Shown here piece after piece: positions 44,436 to 54,853 of a stretch of 64,000 bases of DNA; position 1 is the first letter of the stretch, and every line of letters begins with the position of its first letter. This DNA is from Candidatus Latescibacterota bacterium (GTDB taxonomy: Bacteria; Latescibacterota; UBA2968; UBA8231), in NCBI GenBank assembly GCA_965197905.1, contig CBDAOB010000005.1:1376001-1440000 (forward strand), given 5' to 3'. A program made the position numbers and the translations under genes. The notes beneath the pieces are model-generated. The model saw only the letters and a program-made list of their open reading frames with translations, ran no database searches and was not told the DNA's origin.

Positions 44436-45323
44436 TCAAAGGCTCTTGGCGCAGCGTACCCCCTGATACTGGGTTTTGACTTCCGGCGCCCCGTATAATC
44501 GGGTAGCTATGCGGATGTGGTACTTGTTGGAACCGAAGGAGCCGCCTTTGATCACTTTGTTGTTCTTGCGACCGGCGTCCGGTCCCTGCGGGTCCTGCGC
44601 CTCCTCGGTATAACGATAATAGTTGATCGACCACCAGTCGTGGACCCACTCCTCGGCATTTCCAGCCAAATCCATGACCCCGAAGGGACTGACCCCATCC
44701 GGATACGATCCCACGGGGGCGCTGAACCGGTGTCTATCAGCCGCCGGTCCCGCCTTCGGGCTGTAGTTTGCCCACCAAATGCCCTCTGCGTTTGGATCCG
44801 CGTTGCCCCACGGGTATTTCCGATACCCTGGGCGGGGCCCCCGCGCGGCATACTCCCATTCCGCCTCCGTTGGCAGGCGTTTGCCGGCCCATCCGCAATA
44901 GGCATAAGCGTCGAACCAATTGAGACCCACCGCGGGTTGATCGTCGTCATCGAGGGTATCGTCGAGGTACTGTTGATGGTGACCGACGCCCTTTGGATGC
45001 TGCGCGTGATCGACCCCACCGGCGCCCTTCTTCTCGACGTACTCGAGGAAGTGCCCGTACTGACGATTCGTGACCTCGTGCGTGTCCATGTAAAAGGCGC
45101 TGATCTTGACCCGATGCCGCGGTCTTTCCGCCTCGTAGTTAAGATACCCGCGCGGCTGTCCTTTTAGATCATCCAACTCCCCGCCCATGATGAACTCACC
45201 TGCGGGGATCAGGACCATCTCCGCGCCATCGCTCGTCTTTATAGTGGGGTCCGGCTCCAAGCTGCAACCGGCGAACGTGAAAACTGATACGGCCAAAACC
45301 GCCAGAGACGTGCTACGGAACAT
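44436..45323 (-). CDS. SUMF1/FGE-sulfatase domain lipoprotein, lacking the FGE catalytic Cys pair
   Basis: Lipobox FAGC, EVTN, RLPTEAEWEYAARG, DLAGNAEEW, KGGSF. Confidence 0.9.
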   Translation of the reverse strand: MFRSTSLAVLAVSVFTFAGCSLEPDPTIKTSDGAEMVLIPAGEFIMGGELDDLKGQPRGYLNYEAERPRHRVKISAFYMDTHEVTNRQYGHFLEYVEKKGAGGVDHAQHPKGVGHHQQYLDDTLDDDDQPAVGLNWFDAYAYCGWAGKRLPTEAEWEYAARGPRPGYRKYPWGNADPNAEGIWWANYSPKAGPAADRHRFSAPVGSYPDGVSPFGVMDLAGNAEEWVHDWWSINYYRYTEEAQDPQGPDAGRKNNKVIKGGSFGSNKYHIRIATRLYGAPEVKTQYQGVRCAKSL

Positions 45324-45404
45324 ACCGACTAACGCTCCTTTCTGTCGTTGCTGGGAATCCGTTCATCAAAAAACACTGAATATGAAGAAAAGTTCTATTC
45401 GTCA

Positions 45405-46868
45405 TCAGGACCGTGCGCCGCCGGACCATCCCAGCCGGTCACGGTACTCCAGCACTTCGCCTTCCGCGTCGGCTAGAGGTTTTGGGGGCGCATCGCGCCC
45501 CGTCAGTAGACTCACAACGATTAACGCGGCGGTTGCAACCGGCACCGCCATCAGGTCGCTTGGCAACTCCGGCATCCAGACGGCGAAAAGTTGCCAGGAC
45601 ACCAGTCCGGTTACCACCGCTGCGATTGCTCCCGGCCCGTTGCTGCGAGGCCACCAGATGCCGGCCGTTAACGGTACGAAAAGAGACGCCAGCAGTACCG
45701 ACCAGGAATCCACCATCAAATCGTACACGGAGGCCTTGTGCAGGGCAAGGACCAGGGCGCCGACGCCAAATACCAGGACGGAGATCCGGGTGACTCTCAG
45801 CGAGGTGATTTCGGTGGCGTCCGGCCGGAAGTACTTGAGCAGGTCCCAGCCCACGACGCTCGCCGGCGCCAACAGAGCGCTGTCGGCGCTGCTCAACAAG
45901 GCCGAAACCAGGGCCCCCATGAACAGGGTCAACGCGATATCGGGTAGATATTTCAGGGCCAGCTGCATCATCACCAGGTCCGGATCTCCCAGGTGGGGAA
46001 GGACCACGGCGCCCGCCATGCCCAACAATACCGGCAGGAGTCCCACGGTCACGTATAGGAGTCCGGCCAGGTAGGAGCTGCGATAGGCCACTTTCTCGTC
46101 GCGGCTGGACAGGCTGCGTTGGATCAGGTCTTGTCCCGCCAGATTGCCGAGCCCGATCACGAGCCAGTTGCGGGCGTATTCGAACCACTCTTTGCCGCTA
46201 CCGTCCTGTGGGTAGAGGTGGAATCTCTCCGCCGGGATCTGGGCGGCAATGCTGCTCCAACCCCCCATGTCCACCAGGAGCATTGGGGCGATGATCGCCA
46301 TGCCAGCAATAAGCACGATCAACTGCACGAAATCGGTCAATGTAACCGCCCACATGCCGCCAGCGTAGGTGTAGACGAGAACCACCAGTGCGGCAATAAC
46401 CATACCTGTCGTTGGATCCAGACCTGTGAGAGATTGCAGGATGCGCCCAAAGGCGAGCATCAGCGAGGCCACCCACCCTACGTAGGCGGGGATAGTACAG
46501 CAACTGGCCAGCAGTCCAGCCTGGCGGTTGAAACGGGTGGTGAAGAAGGAGGCCACCGTCATCAAGCCCATTCGCCGCAAGACGCGGACGTAGAAGAGGC
46601 CGGCCAGAAACAGGCAGAGGGCGGCGCCAAACGGATCTGCGATTACACCGAGGAATCCACCCTGGTAAGCAGCGCTTGCGGCTCCGATGCAAATGCCTCC
46701 CCCGAACCAGGTTGCGGCCAGAGTCGAGGTGCACAACAACAGCGACAACCGCTTTCCAGCAACGATGAAATCGACGGAACCAGACACTCGCCGGCCGGCG
46801 TACAGTCCCACCCCGATCATGATAAGCAGGTAAACGGCCAGACCAATGAGAACGACCGGGTGGGTCAA
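45405..46868 (-). CDS. Sodium:solute symporter family protein
   Basis: DFIVAG, ATWFGG, YT.AGGMWAVTLTDFVQ, QR..S, LSSADS. Confidence 0.92.
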   Translation of the reverse strand: MTHPVVLIGLAVYLLIMIGVGLYAGRRVSGSVDFIVAGKRLSLLLCTSTLAATWFGGGICIGAASAAYQGGFLGVIADPFGAALCLFLAGLFYVRVLRRMGLMTVASFFTTRFNRQAGLLASCCTIPAYVGWVASLMLAFGRILQSLTGLDPTTGMVIAALVVLVYTYAGGMWAVTLTDFVQLIVLIAGMAIIAPMLLVDMGGWSSIAAQIPAERFHLYPQDGSGKEWFEYARNWLVIGLGNLAGQDLIQRSLSSRDEKVAYRSSYLAGLLYVTVGLLPVLLGMAGAVVLPHLGDPDLVMMQLALKYLPDIALTLFMGALVSALLSSADSALLAPASVVGWDLLKYFRPDATEITSLRVTRISVLVFGVGALVLALHKASVYDLMVDSWSVLLASLFVPLTAGIWWPRSNGPGAIAAVVTGLVSWQLFAVWMPELPSDLMAVPVATAALIVVSLLTGRDAPPKPLADAEGEVLEYRDRLGWSGGARS

Positions 46869-47103
46869 CTGGCTGCCTCGCGAGATGCAAAAAGGGTGTT
46901 AGTGGCGTCTATAATAGAATATGGCGCACCTGCCTCGATTTCAAGCCGTGCGCTTCCGAGACGTGCGGTAACCTATTGTATTTCAGCTACTTTGTTCGCT
47001 ACATCTGCATTTGCCGAGAGGGGCAGGCCGATCTTCCCCGGGGGCCCCAAGCAACGTTGCTTGACGTCAGTATCTTGCCTCCGCAGGTTACTTCTACAGC
47101 GTC

Positions 47104-47424
47104 ATGGAAAAGGTGTTTAAAATCGAGACTACGGTCTCGCGCGATCTAGCCGAGCTCTACGAGTCGCTGATTACGGAGTTTGAGCGCAGAAGCAGCATGC
47201 CTTTGGCAGATATGAACAGGGCGGTGCTGCAGACCGGCATGATTCACCATTTGACTATGATGTGTGGATTAGGCTTGATCGAGAAAGACAAGGTGGAGGC
47301 CCTGGACAGCCTGGTGGATCAAGTCGCTCAGGACACCATTATGTGGGATCTCGTACAAATGGTGCGTAGTTTCTGGCGTGACTGCGGGGAAGGCACGACC
47401 GGCATCATCGACCTAAAGGCGTAG
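47104..47424 (+). CDS. Hypothetical protein
   Basis: 106-aa ORF with ordinary composition filling an intergenic gap. Confidence 0.65.
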   Translation: MEKVFKIETTVSRDLAELYESLITEFERRSSMPLADMNRAVLQTGMIHHLTMMCGLGLIEKDKVEALDSLVDQVAQDTIMWDLVQMVRSFWRDCGEGTTGIIDLKA

Positions 47425-47482
47425 TCAGAACGTTGAGCATATATGACTGTCGCAGAAAGAGTTATAGATATTCTTCAGCGGG

Positions 47483-47511
47483 TTGACAGCGGTGTTCTGC
47501 ACGAGTATATT
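47483..47511 (+). promoter_or_regulatory. Sigma-70 promoter upstream of iscU-sod-prx
   Basis: TTGACA-17 nt-TATATT. Confidence 0.7.
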
Positions 47512-47563
47512 CTTCTAATCTTCACATCTCCGGCAATTTTCCAGATCACCCAGACAGACCTCT

Positions 47564-47956
47564 TTGGCACCCAATCCCGATATCGTGCTGGATCACTACG
47601 AAAATCCGCGGAATGTCGGCGAAATGCGCGACGCGGATGCGGTCGGCATCGTAGAGAATGCAGCTTGTGGCGACGTAATGCAGCTGTATCTGAGCATCGA
47701 GTCGAAGACGGTGGTCCGGGCGACCTTCAAAGCGTATGGATGCGCTCCGGCAATCGCCGCCGGTTCGGTCCTGACCGAGCTCCTGACCGGAGTCGACGTC
47801 CAACGCGCAAGGGAGCTGGACAAGGAGGATGTGGCATCGGCTCTGGGGGGGTTACCGCCGATGAAACAGCACTGTTCAATACTTGCTGCCGACGCCCTCA
47901 ACGCGGCCTTTGGCAATTACGAAGCGAAACTGAGAGATAGCTCGACCACGACGTAA
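47564..47956 (+). CDS. iscU: Fe-S cluster scaffold IscU/NifU family
   Basis: DHYENPRNVG, CGD, YGC, LPPMKQHCS. Confidence 0.9.
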   Translation: MAPNPDIVLDHYENPRNVGEMRDADAVGIVENAACGDVMQLYLSIESKTVVRATFKAYGCAPAIAAGSVLTELLTGVDVQRARELDKEDVASALGGLPPMKQHCSILAADALNAAFGNYEAKLRDSSTTT

Positions 47957-47980
47957 ACCAATATCCTGAAAGGAACTACC

Positions 47981-48589
47981 ATGGCTTTCTCACTACCCGA
48001 CCTGCCCTATGCCCACGATGCGCTGGAACCTCACATCGACGCGCGCACCATGGAAATCCACCATGGCAAGCACCACAATACCTATATAACCAACGTTAAT
48101 ACGGCGTTGGAGAGCCATGCCGATCTGGCTTCGAAGAGTGTCGAAGATTTGATCACTGACCTCGACGCCGTCCCGGAATCGATTCGCACGGCGGTGCGCA
48201 ACAACGGGGGCGGGCACGCCAACCACTCCCTCTTCTGGACCGTCATGAGCGGTTCCAGCGGAGCTCCCTCAGGCGATCTCGCCGGGGCGATCGACGGCGA
48301 CCTCGGTGGACTGGACAAGCTCAAGGAGAGTTTCGCGACTGCGGGTACGACCCGCTTCGGCAGTGGATGGGCCTGGCTTGTAGCCAAGAACGGCACGCTG
48401 AGCGTAATGAGCACTCCCAACCAGGACAATCCCTTGATGTCAGGGGATGGCACGCCGATCCTCGGGCTCGACGTGTGGGAACACGCCTACTACCTGAATT
48501 ATCAGAACCGACGCCCCGATTACATCGCAGCCTGGTGGAACGTAGTCAACTGGGACGAAGTTGCACGTCGCTTTGCGGCGGCGAAATAG
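47981..48589 (+). CDS. sodA: Mn/Fe superoxide dismutase, Mn-type signatures
   Basis: [34 protein letters not shown]. Confidence 0.95.
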   Translation: MAFSLPDLPYAHDALEPHIDARTMEIHHGKHHNTYITNVNTALESHADLASKSVEDLITDLDAVPESIRTAVRNNGGGHANHSLFWTVMSGSSGAPSGDLAGAIDGDLGGLDKLKESFATAGTTRFGSGWAWLVAKNGTLSVMSTPNQDNPLMSGDGTPILGLDVWEHAYYLNYQNRRPDYIAAWWNVVNWDEVARRFAAAK

Positions 48590-48602
48590 CGAGGAGGGGA
48601 TC

Positions 48603-49070
48603 ATGACCGTTGCGGTGGGTGATCGGGCACCGGATTTCACCCTGAAGAACGCTGATTTGGAAGAGGTTTCGCTGAGTTCGATGCGCGGGAAGAACGTTGT
48701 CGTCCTTTTTTTCCCGCTGGCATTTACCAGCGTGTGCACCGAAGAGTTTTGCGGCGTATCCACAGGCATCGACGACTACAAAGGGCTTGACGCGGAGGTC
48801 CTCGGTATCAGCGTTGACAGCCCCTTCAGCCTGCAGGCCTGGGCCGAGAAGGAAAGCATTACGATCCCTCTGCTCAGCGACTTCAACAAAGAGGTTTCGG
48901 ACGCGTACGGGTCGCAGTACGAAGACTTGCTCGGTTTTCGCGGCGTCGCCAAGCGGTCCGCATTTGTGGTGGACAAAGAGGGGGTTGTGCGTTTCGCCTC
49001 CGTATCGGACGACGCCAAAGTGATCCCCGACTTTGAGGCGATTAAAGGCTGTCTCGAGTCACTTAACTAA
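48603..49070 (+). CDS. Peroxiredoxin (AhpC/TSA family)
   Basis: [30 protein letters not shown]. Confidence 0.92.
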   Translation: MTVAVGDRAPDFTLKNADLEEVSLSSMRGKNVVVLFFPLAFTSVCTEEFCGVSTGIDDYKGLDAEVLGISVDSPFSLQAWAEKESITIPLLSDFNKEVSDAYGSQYEDLLGFRGVAKRSAFVVDKEGVVRFASVSDDAKVIPDFEAIKGCLESLN

Positions 49071-49150
49071 CACCGAATTCGAAGCGGGTCGAGGGGGGTA
49101 AGCCGATAGCTTTCGCCCCTCGTTCTATTTCCGTCGACGGGCAAACAACC

Positions 49151-50524
49151 ATGTCTTCCGAACTTATATCTGAAGAGATCGGACACTCCATTCCGACCGA
49201 ATCATACGATTCACGCCACAAGGATCTCCGTGGCGACGAGTTCTGGCGCCTCGTCCCGGCTTACCGCGACTTGTCGTCGACCGAGTTTAACGATCATCGC
49301 TTCCAGAGTCGGAACGCTATCACCAGCACCGAAAAGTTGCGCGCCGTTCTCGGCACCCTCGTGCCCGATGCGTTTTTCGATGACATGGAAGAGGGCCAGA
49401 ATCGTTCCACCATGAGCATTAGACTGTCTCCCTACATCGTCAGTCTAATCGACTGGGCCGATCCGTACGGGGATCCCCTGCGGCGCCAGTTTTTGCCGTT
49501 GGCAAGCAGTGCACTGCCAGATCATCCGGAGCTCGATTTCGACGCCTTACACGAACAGGAAGATTCTCCGGTGCCGGGATTGACCCATCGCTACCGAGAC
49601 CGGGCCCTTTTCCTGGCCTTGGATACCTGCCCGGTCTACTGCCGGTTCTGTACTCGCTCGTATTCGGTGGGCCTCGATACGGACAAGGTCGACAAGGTCC
49701 ATTTCGGTGCCCAGGTGGAACGCTGGGAGCAGGTCTTTCGATATCTGGAGAATCGCCAGGAAATCGAGGACGTGGTCATAAGCGGCGGTGATGTCGCCAA
49801 CCTCCGCTCCGAACACATCGAGCTGATCGGCAACCGTCTCCTGGATATGGAGAACATTCGCCGCATGCGGTTTGCGACCAAAGCTCCGGCCATTTTGCCG
49901 CAAAAGTTGATCACCGACGATCCGTGGGTCGACGCACTTACGCGGGTGGTGGCGAGGGGGCGGCGGCTCGGCAAGGAGGTGGCGCTACACACCCACTTCA
50001 ATCACGCTGCCGAAATCACGGCGATAACGCACGCCGGAATGAGCAGGTTGGCGGAGCGCGGAATCACCGTGCGCAATCAGTCAGTCCTGCAGCGTGGCGT
50101 GAACGATTCGGCGGTCGCCATGCAGCTTCTCATAAGGCGCCTGTCGTTTATCAACGTGCAGCCGTACTACGTGTTTGTTCACGATATGGTCAAGGGCGTG
50201 GAAGACCTTCGCACAACACTGCAAGCCGCCTTGGATCTCGAAAAGGGCGTGCGGGGTGCAACGGCGGGTTTCAATACCCCGACTTTCGTGCTGGACACCA
50301 TGGGCGGCGGCGGCAAACGAGACGTCTACTCTTTCGAGAACTATGATCGTGAGCACGGTATTGCCATTTACACCAGCCCAGCCGTCCGTCCGGGCAAACG
50401 GTTCCTGTTTTTCGATCCGATTGATACCTTGAGCGAGTCGGCTCAACGTCGGTGGAGGGATAGCGCTCAGCGGATCGAAATGCTGGCAGCTGCGATCGGG
50501 GCCGCGGGCATCGCGGACCGCTAG
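49151..50524 (+). CDS. kamA: KamA-family radical SAM/PLP aminomutase (lysine 2,3-aminomutase-like)
   Basis: LTHRY, CPVYCRFCTR, ISGGD, THFNH, NQSVL.RGVND, PYY, GGGGK. Confidence 0.88.
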   Translation: MSSELISEEIGHSIPTESYDSRHKDLRGDEFWRLVPAYRDLSSTEFNDHRFQSRNAITSTEKLRAVLGTLVPDAFFDDMEEGQNRSTMSIRLSPYIVSLIDWADPYGDPLRRQFLPLASSALPDHPELDFDALHEQEDSPVPGLTHRYRDRALFLALDTCPVYCRFCTRSYSVGLDTDKVDKVHFGAQVERWEQVFRYLENRQEIEDVVISGGDVANLRSEHIELIGNRLLDMENIRRMRFATKAPAILPQKLITDDPWVDALTRVVARGRRLGKEVALHTHFNHAAEITAITHAGMSRLAERGITVRNQSVLQRGVNDSAVAMQLLIRRLSFINVQPYYVFVHDMVKGVEDLRTTLQAALDLEKGVRGATAGFNTPTFVLDTMGGGGKRDVYSFENYDREHGIAIYTSPAVRPGKRFLFFDPIDTLSESAQRRWRDSAQRIEMLAAAIGAAGIADR

Positions 50525-50691
50525 TTGCCCGTCGCCAAAACGCGATGAATTTATGCGACAGGGCACTCGGGTCCGGTTGCCCATATTCTCCGCTATAGCT
50601 ACCGTTTAATGCTAGGAGTTCCCCGCACCAAACTGGCGACCTAAATCGCCTCTCCCTCCAACGGCATGTAAGCTTTTGAGAGGCTGTTACA

Positions 50692-52338
50692 ATGGAATAC
50701 AGCAATTTGGCCCTTGGCATCGGTGGCCTTTGCGTCCTCGCGGTAGGAATCGGTCTCGGTGTTCTAGTTACCTATTTGCTGAGGCGAAACAACATATCCC
50801 ACCTGGAAGAGGAGATTCAGCAGCGTATTGAGCGCGATCTGGCGGAGGAGGAACGTACTGAGCGACTCGACCTCCTACAGGAAAAGGACGACTGGTACAA
50901 GCTCAAGACGCAGCAGGAATCGGAGTTGGACGACCGGTTGAACGGCCTGAACCGGCGGGAGAAGGAACTGTCCCAAAAGGATCGGCAGGTGCACAACGAT
51001 CGGGACGAACTGCAGAAGGAGGCATCCGGCCTCGATAATCGCGAAAACCGATTTGCCAACAGGGAACGAGCCGTAAATCAGAAGGAAGAGGAGCTCAAGA
51101 AGTCGATCGACGAGTACCGCGAACGGCTGGAGCTGGTGACGAACCTGACCTCTGACGAGGCGAAGGAGCAGCTTATAGAACAGGTCGCCGGAGAGGTTCG
51201 GGCGCGTTCCGCGGCGATGATTCGCAGCGAGCGGGCGCGGGCCAACGAAGAGGCCGATCGTGAAGCTAAAAAGATCATCGCCCAGGCCATTCAACGGTGC
51301 GCCGTCGACGAGACGGTCCAGCTGTCGACCGCATCCGTCGCCTTACCCAACGAAGCGATAAAGAGCCGCATCATCGGCAAGGAAGGACGCAATGTAAGGG
51401 CGTTCGAAACCGCCACCGGTGTTAAGGTCGTGGTCGATGATACTCCTGACACCGTGCTGCTGTCCGCCTTCGATCCCGCCAAGCGCCAGGTAGGCGTGAC
51501 GGCTATGAAACGCCTGATCAGCGACGGCGGGTTCACGCCTGGGCATATTGAGCAGGTGGTTGCCGACTGTCAGAAGAAACTCGAAGAAGACATCGCTAAG
51601 GAAGGCAAGCGCGCTCTGGAAGAGATCAAGGCGTTCGACTATCACGCCGAGCTGCCCCACTACGTCGGCATGATGAAGTACCGTACGACGTATGGCCAGA
51701 ATCTGCTTCAACATTCGCTGGAGGTGGCAAAATTGGCCGCGGTTATGGCCGCGGAGCTCAAGCTGGATGTCAAGCTTGCGATGCGTGCCGGCCTGCTCCA
51801 CGATATCGGCAAAACCTTGAGCCGGGAGATGGAGGGTTCGCACATCGAGCTGGGAGTCGAACTGGGCGACCGCTTCAACGAGCACGCCGTGGTGCGTGAG
51901 GTCATTGCCGAGCACCACGAGCACCACGAGCGGCAGTCTTCCATCTGCTTTCTGGTGCGGGCGGCGGATACCGTGTCCTCCACCCGGCCCGGAGGTCGTC
52001 GAGAGGATTTGGAAGGATATGCCCAACGCATCATGCAGCTGGAAGAGATTGCCAACTCGTTTGAAGGCGTACGTGACGTTTACGCCATCAACGCGGGCCG
52101 CGAGATTCGCGTAATGGTTCGCGGCGACAGGATCGACGATGACGACGCTGAGATGCTGGCGTTCGAGATCGCCGAACGGGTCAAAAACGAGGTAACCTTT
52201 GCCGGCGAAGTGAAGGTGATGGTTGTCCGGGAGACCAGGGCGGTTCGCTACAGTGGCCGCGGTCGCGGTCGCAAGAATCAGAACTCAACCCGCCGATCCC
52301 GTCCGCGCCGGCCAAAGAATGCGGTTCCCGCGAGATGA
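50692..52338 (+). CDS. rny: Ribonuclease Y
   Basis: N-terminal TM, coiled coil, KH motif RIIGKEGRN, HD motif LLHDIGK, AINAGREIRV. Confidence 0.96.
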   Translation: MEYSNLALGIGGLCVLAVGIGLGVLVTYLLRRNNISHLEEEIQQRIERDLAEEERTERLDLLQEKDDWYKLKTQQESELDDRLNGLNRREKELSQKDRQVHNDRDELQKEASGLDNRENRFANRERAVNQKEEELKKSIDEYRERLELVTNLTSDEAKEQLIEQVAGEVRARSAAMIRSERARANEEADREAKKIIAQAIQRCAVDETVQLSTASVALPNEAIKSRIIGKEGRNVRAFETATGVKVVVDDTPDTVLLSAFDPAKRQVGVTAMKRLISDGGFTPGHIEQVVADCQKKLEEDIAKEGKRALEEIKAFDYHAELPHYVGMMKYRTTYGQNLLQHSLEVAKLAAVMAAELKLDVKLAMRAGLLHDIGKTLSREMEGSHIELGVELGDRFNEHAVVREVIAEHHEHHERQSSICFLVRAADTVSSTRPGGRREDLEGYAQRIMQLEEIANSFEGVRDVYAINAGREIRVMVRGDRIDDDDAEMLAFEIAERVKNEVTFAGEVKVMVVRETRAVRYSGRGRGRKNQNSTRRSRPRRPKNAVPAR

Positions 52339-52763
52339 AGGAACTTCGACATAAAAAAGGCTGGTCCGATCGATTCTACCTGGGACCATTGTTCCTCGCC
52401 CTGAAGCGCACCTTCGACAATCTCCTCCGTCTTGCTGGTGTGCAGCCCTCTGCCCAGGCAGGTCGGTTGGGCATTCCTAGGTTGACGAAGGACGACCAGG
52501 GTCGCATCAAATGTGTCGCCTGTTTCCTGTGTGTCGCGGCGTGCCCAGCAGGCTGCATCGCTATCGAGGCAACCGCGGCACCTTGGGAAAACCGGGAGAA
52601 GGTCCCCAGGCGTTTCGAACTCGATGCGGGACGCTGCATCCTCTGCGGATTGTGTGTGGACGCCTGCCCCGAAGATGCACTCGATCGGTCCGCCAGGTGG
52701 GCACCGGTGGCGCGCGATCGCGACGGACTCCGGCTGCAGATGGACGCACTGTTGTTACGCTGA
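52335..52763 (+). CDS. NuoI-like 2x[4Fe-4S] ferredoxin protein
   Basis: CVACFLCVAACP and CILCGLCVDACP. Confidence 0.85.
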   Translation: MKELRHKKGWSDRFYLGPLFLALKRTFDNLLRLAGVQPSAQAGRLGIPRLTKDDQGRIKCVACFLCVAACPAGCIAIEATAAPWENREKVPRRFELDAGRCILCGLCVDACPEDALDRSARWAPVARDRDGLRLQMDALLLR

Positions 52764-52950
52764 ACCGGTCTAGTTTCGCGTAAATGCATTGCGTTTTCGG
52801 GTGCCGATCCATCCCGACCCGTGGCGTTGCCTTTGCTCGCCGTACTCGACCGGTACGGCTCGCTCAGGCGCCGGAATTCCATAAGCTATTTCCGCGACAG
52901 GCCACTGGCTTTCGCTTTAGATCCTCCCCAGCTGACCGTTTCTACCTGCC

Positions 52951-54105
52951 ATGAAAAAGATTGCCATTCTCGGGTGCACCGGATCCATAGGCGACACCAC
53001 CTTCAGGGTCCTCGAAGAACTGGAAGGGGAGTTCCAAGTCGTCGGTTTGAGCGCGGGTCGGCGCACGGAGAAATTGTTGATCCGTGCGGCAGGGTGTGGA
53101 GCTTTACGCGTCTGTGTGGGGGCGGTCCAGGAGGAAGCCGCGGCTAGAGCCAGTTTGCCCGGAATTGACGTGGTTTCCGGTCCGGAAGGACTCGTGTCGT
53201 TGGCCACCGACGGGGAAGTGGACCTGGTCGTCAATGCCCTGGTGGGTCGTGTCGGTCTCGAACCGACAATAGCTGCTCTGCGGGCGGGCAAGGTAGTGGC
53301 CTTGGCCAACAAGGAGCCGATCGTCATGGCCGGCGAACTTATCATGTCAGCGGCGGCGAAACATGGAGGTGCGCTGTTGCCTCTGGACAGCGAGCCGAAC
53401 GCCATATGGCAATGTCTAAAAGGGGAGCGCAAGGACGAGATAAGCCGCATAATTCTCACGGCGTCGGGCGGGCCCTTCTTCGGCTGGACCGCCGAGGAGA
53501 TGGGAACCATAACGCTCCAACAGGCGCTGAATCATCCGACCTGGACTATGGGTCCGAAGATCACCGTCGACTCGGCGACCCTGATGAACAAAGGGTTCGA
53601 AGTGATCGAAGCCAGCTGGTTGTTCGATCTGAGCATCGAACAGGTCGACGTTGTCGTCCACCGCGAGTCGACCGTTCACTCAATGGTCGAATTTGTGGAC
53701 GGCGCGATTCTTGCCCATCTGGGCAAAACGGATATGTTCCTTCCCATACAATACGCCCTTACCCATCCCTCCAGACGCAGAACGCCGCTGGCGTCGCTCA
53801 ATCTGCTGGAGCTGGGTGCGTTGCACTTCGCGGCGCCAGATCGGGAAAACTTCCCCTGCCTGGATCTATGTTATTCGGCTGGACGGGAGGGGGGAACGGC
53901 CCCGGCCGCATTGAGCGCCGCCAACGAGGTCGCGGTGGCCGAGTTTCTGGCCGGAAGAGCCGGCTTTGTAGACATTAGCGAAACCAATCGGCGGGTTCTC
54001 GATGGCTGGGTTAACCGCGCCGCCGACAGCATCGAAATCGTGGTCGAAGCGGACCGCGAGGCGCGCGAGGTGGCTCGCCGAAACCTCGCCGCGCTCAGCG
54101 TCTGA
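52951..54105 (+). CDS. dxr: 1-deoxy-D-xylulose-5-phosphate reductoisomerase
   Basis: GCTGSIG, LANKE, PLDSE, TASGGPF, HP.W.MGPKITVDSATLMNKG. Confidence 0.97.
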   Translation: MKKIAILGCTGSIGDTTFRVLEELEGEFQVVGLSAGRRTEKLLIRAAGCGALRVCVGAVQEEAAARASLPGIDVVSGPEGLVSLATDGEVDLVVNALVGRVGLEPTIAALRAGKVVALANKEPIVMAGELIMSAAAKHGGALLPLDSEPNAIWQCLKGERKDEISRIILTASGGPFFGWTAEEMGTITLQQALNHPTWTMGPKITVDSATLMNKGFEVIEASWLFDLSIEQVDVVVHRESTVHSMVEFVDGAILAHLGKTDMFLPIQYALTHPSRRRTPLASLNLLELGALHFAAPDRENFPCLDLCYSAGREGGTAPAALSAANEVAVAEFLAGRAGFVDISETNRRVLDGWVNRAADSIEIVVEADREAREVARRNLAALSV

Positions 54106-54147
54106 TCGACAGTGATCAAACATTGACTCATAAGGCATACTCGGTCG

Positions 54148-54402
54148 ATGACCGACGAACAATCTGAACGCGCCGCGACGCACTTGGCGTATTGCCAGCT
54201 GTTCATGAGGGCGGCAACGGCGGTAATCATGGGCGCTTTCGTATTGATTGTCGTACTTACGACCGCGTCCACCGGTGCCTTCGTGCAAGTTGCGGCCAAG
54301 GTCCTCTACTACGTGATCGTAACCTCCGCGATCTTTTCGGTTGTTGTCTGGTTTTATAGGACCCGGATCGAAAAACGAATCAGAATACCGCGAGTTTTGT
54401 AG
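54148..54402 (+). CDS. Small two-TM hypothetical protein
   Basis: 84 aa, two hydrophobic helices, operon spacing with queD. Confidence 0.6.
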   Translation: MTDEQSERAATHLAYCQLFMRAATAVIMGAFVLIVVLTTASTGAFVQVAAKVLYYVIVTSAIFSVVVWFYRTRIEKRIRIPRVL

Positions 54403-54412
54403 TAGGTTCTCG

Positions 54413-54853
54413 ATGGAAGAGATCGAAGCCCGAGGAAAATTCCACGCCGCACATCGGCAGCTCGGATACAACGGCAAGTGTGCGTACGTACATGGTCATA
54501 CGTGGAGGGGAACCTTCACCGTCAAGGCCGAGCAGTTTCCTCGAGATCCCAAGCTCGACATGGGAGTCGACTTCGGTGCTTTGAAGGGGATTTTTCGGGC
54601 GCTGGACCATAAAATGCTGATCTCCGAGAAAGACCGAACCTTTCTGGAGGCCAAGCTCTTTGAGCCGGAAGGGGTCGTGGTGTTACCCGGAGAGAATCCA
54701 AGCGTCGAAAACGTCGCTTTGCACTGTCTCAAGGAAGCCGTAAGCGTCATCTCCGATGTCTTCCCTAACAGACACATAGAGTACCATATTAGAACCACGA
54801 TCCAAGAAACCGACAACAACTTCTTTACTCTGGAACGCAGTGTCACTATTTGA
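54413..54853 (+). CDS. queD: 6-carboxytetrahydropterin synthase (QueD/PTPS family)
   Basis: FHAAH, C..VHGH, VDFG, LDH, PSVEN, ET. Confidence 0.88.
   Translation: MEEIEARGKFHAAHRQLGYNGKCAYVHGHTWRGTFTVKAEQFPRDPKLDMGVDFGALKGIFRALDHKMLISEKDRTFLEAKLFEPEGVVVLPGENPSVENVALHCLKEAVSVISDVFPNRHIEYHIRTTIQETDNNFFTLERSVTI

Noticed and set aside
44436..45323. Active formylglycine-generating enzyme
   Set aside because: The catalytic Cys pair after GGS is absent, so only the fold family is called
50525..50691. 6S RNA upstream of rny
   Set aside because: Only short local hairpins; no long rod with a central bubble recognisable by eye
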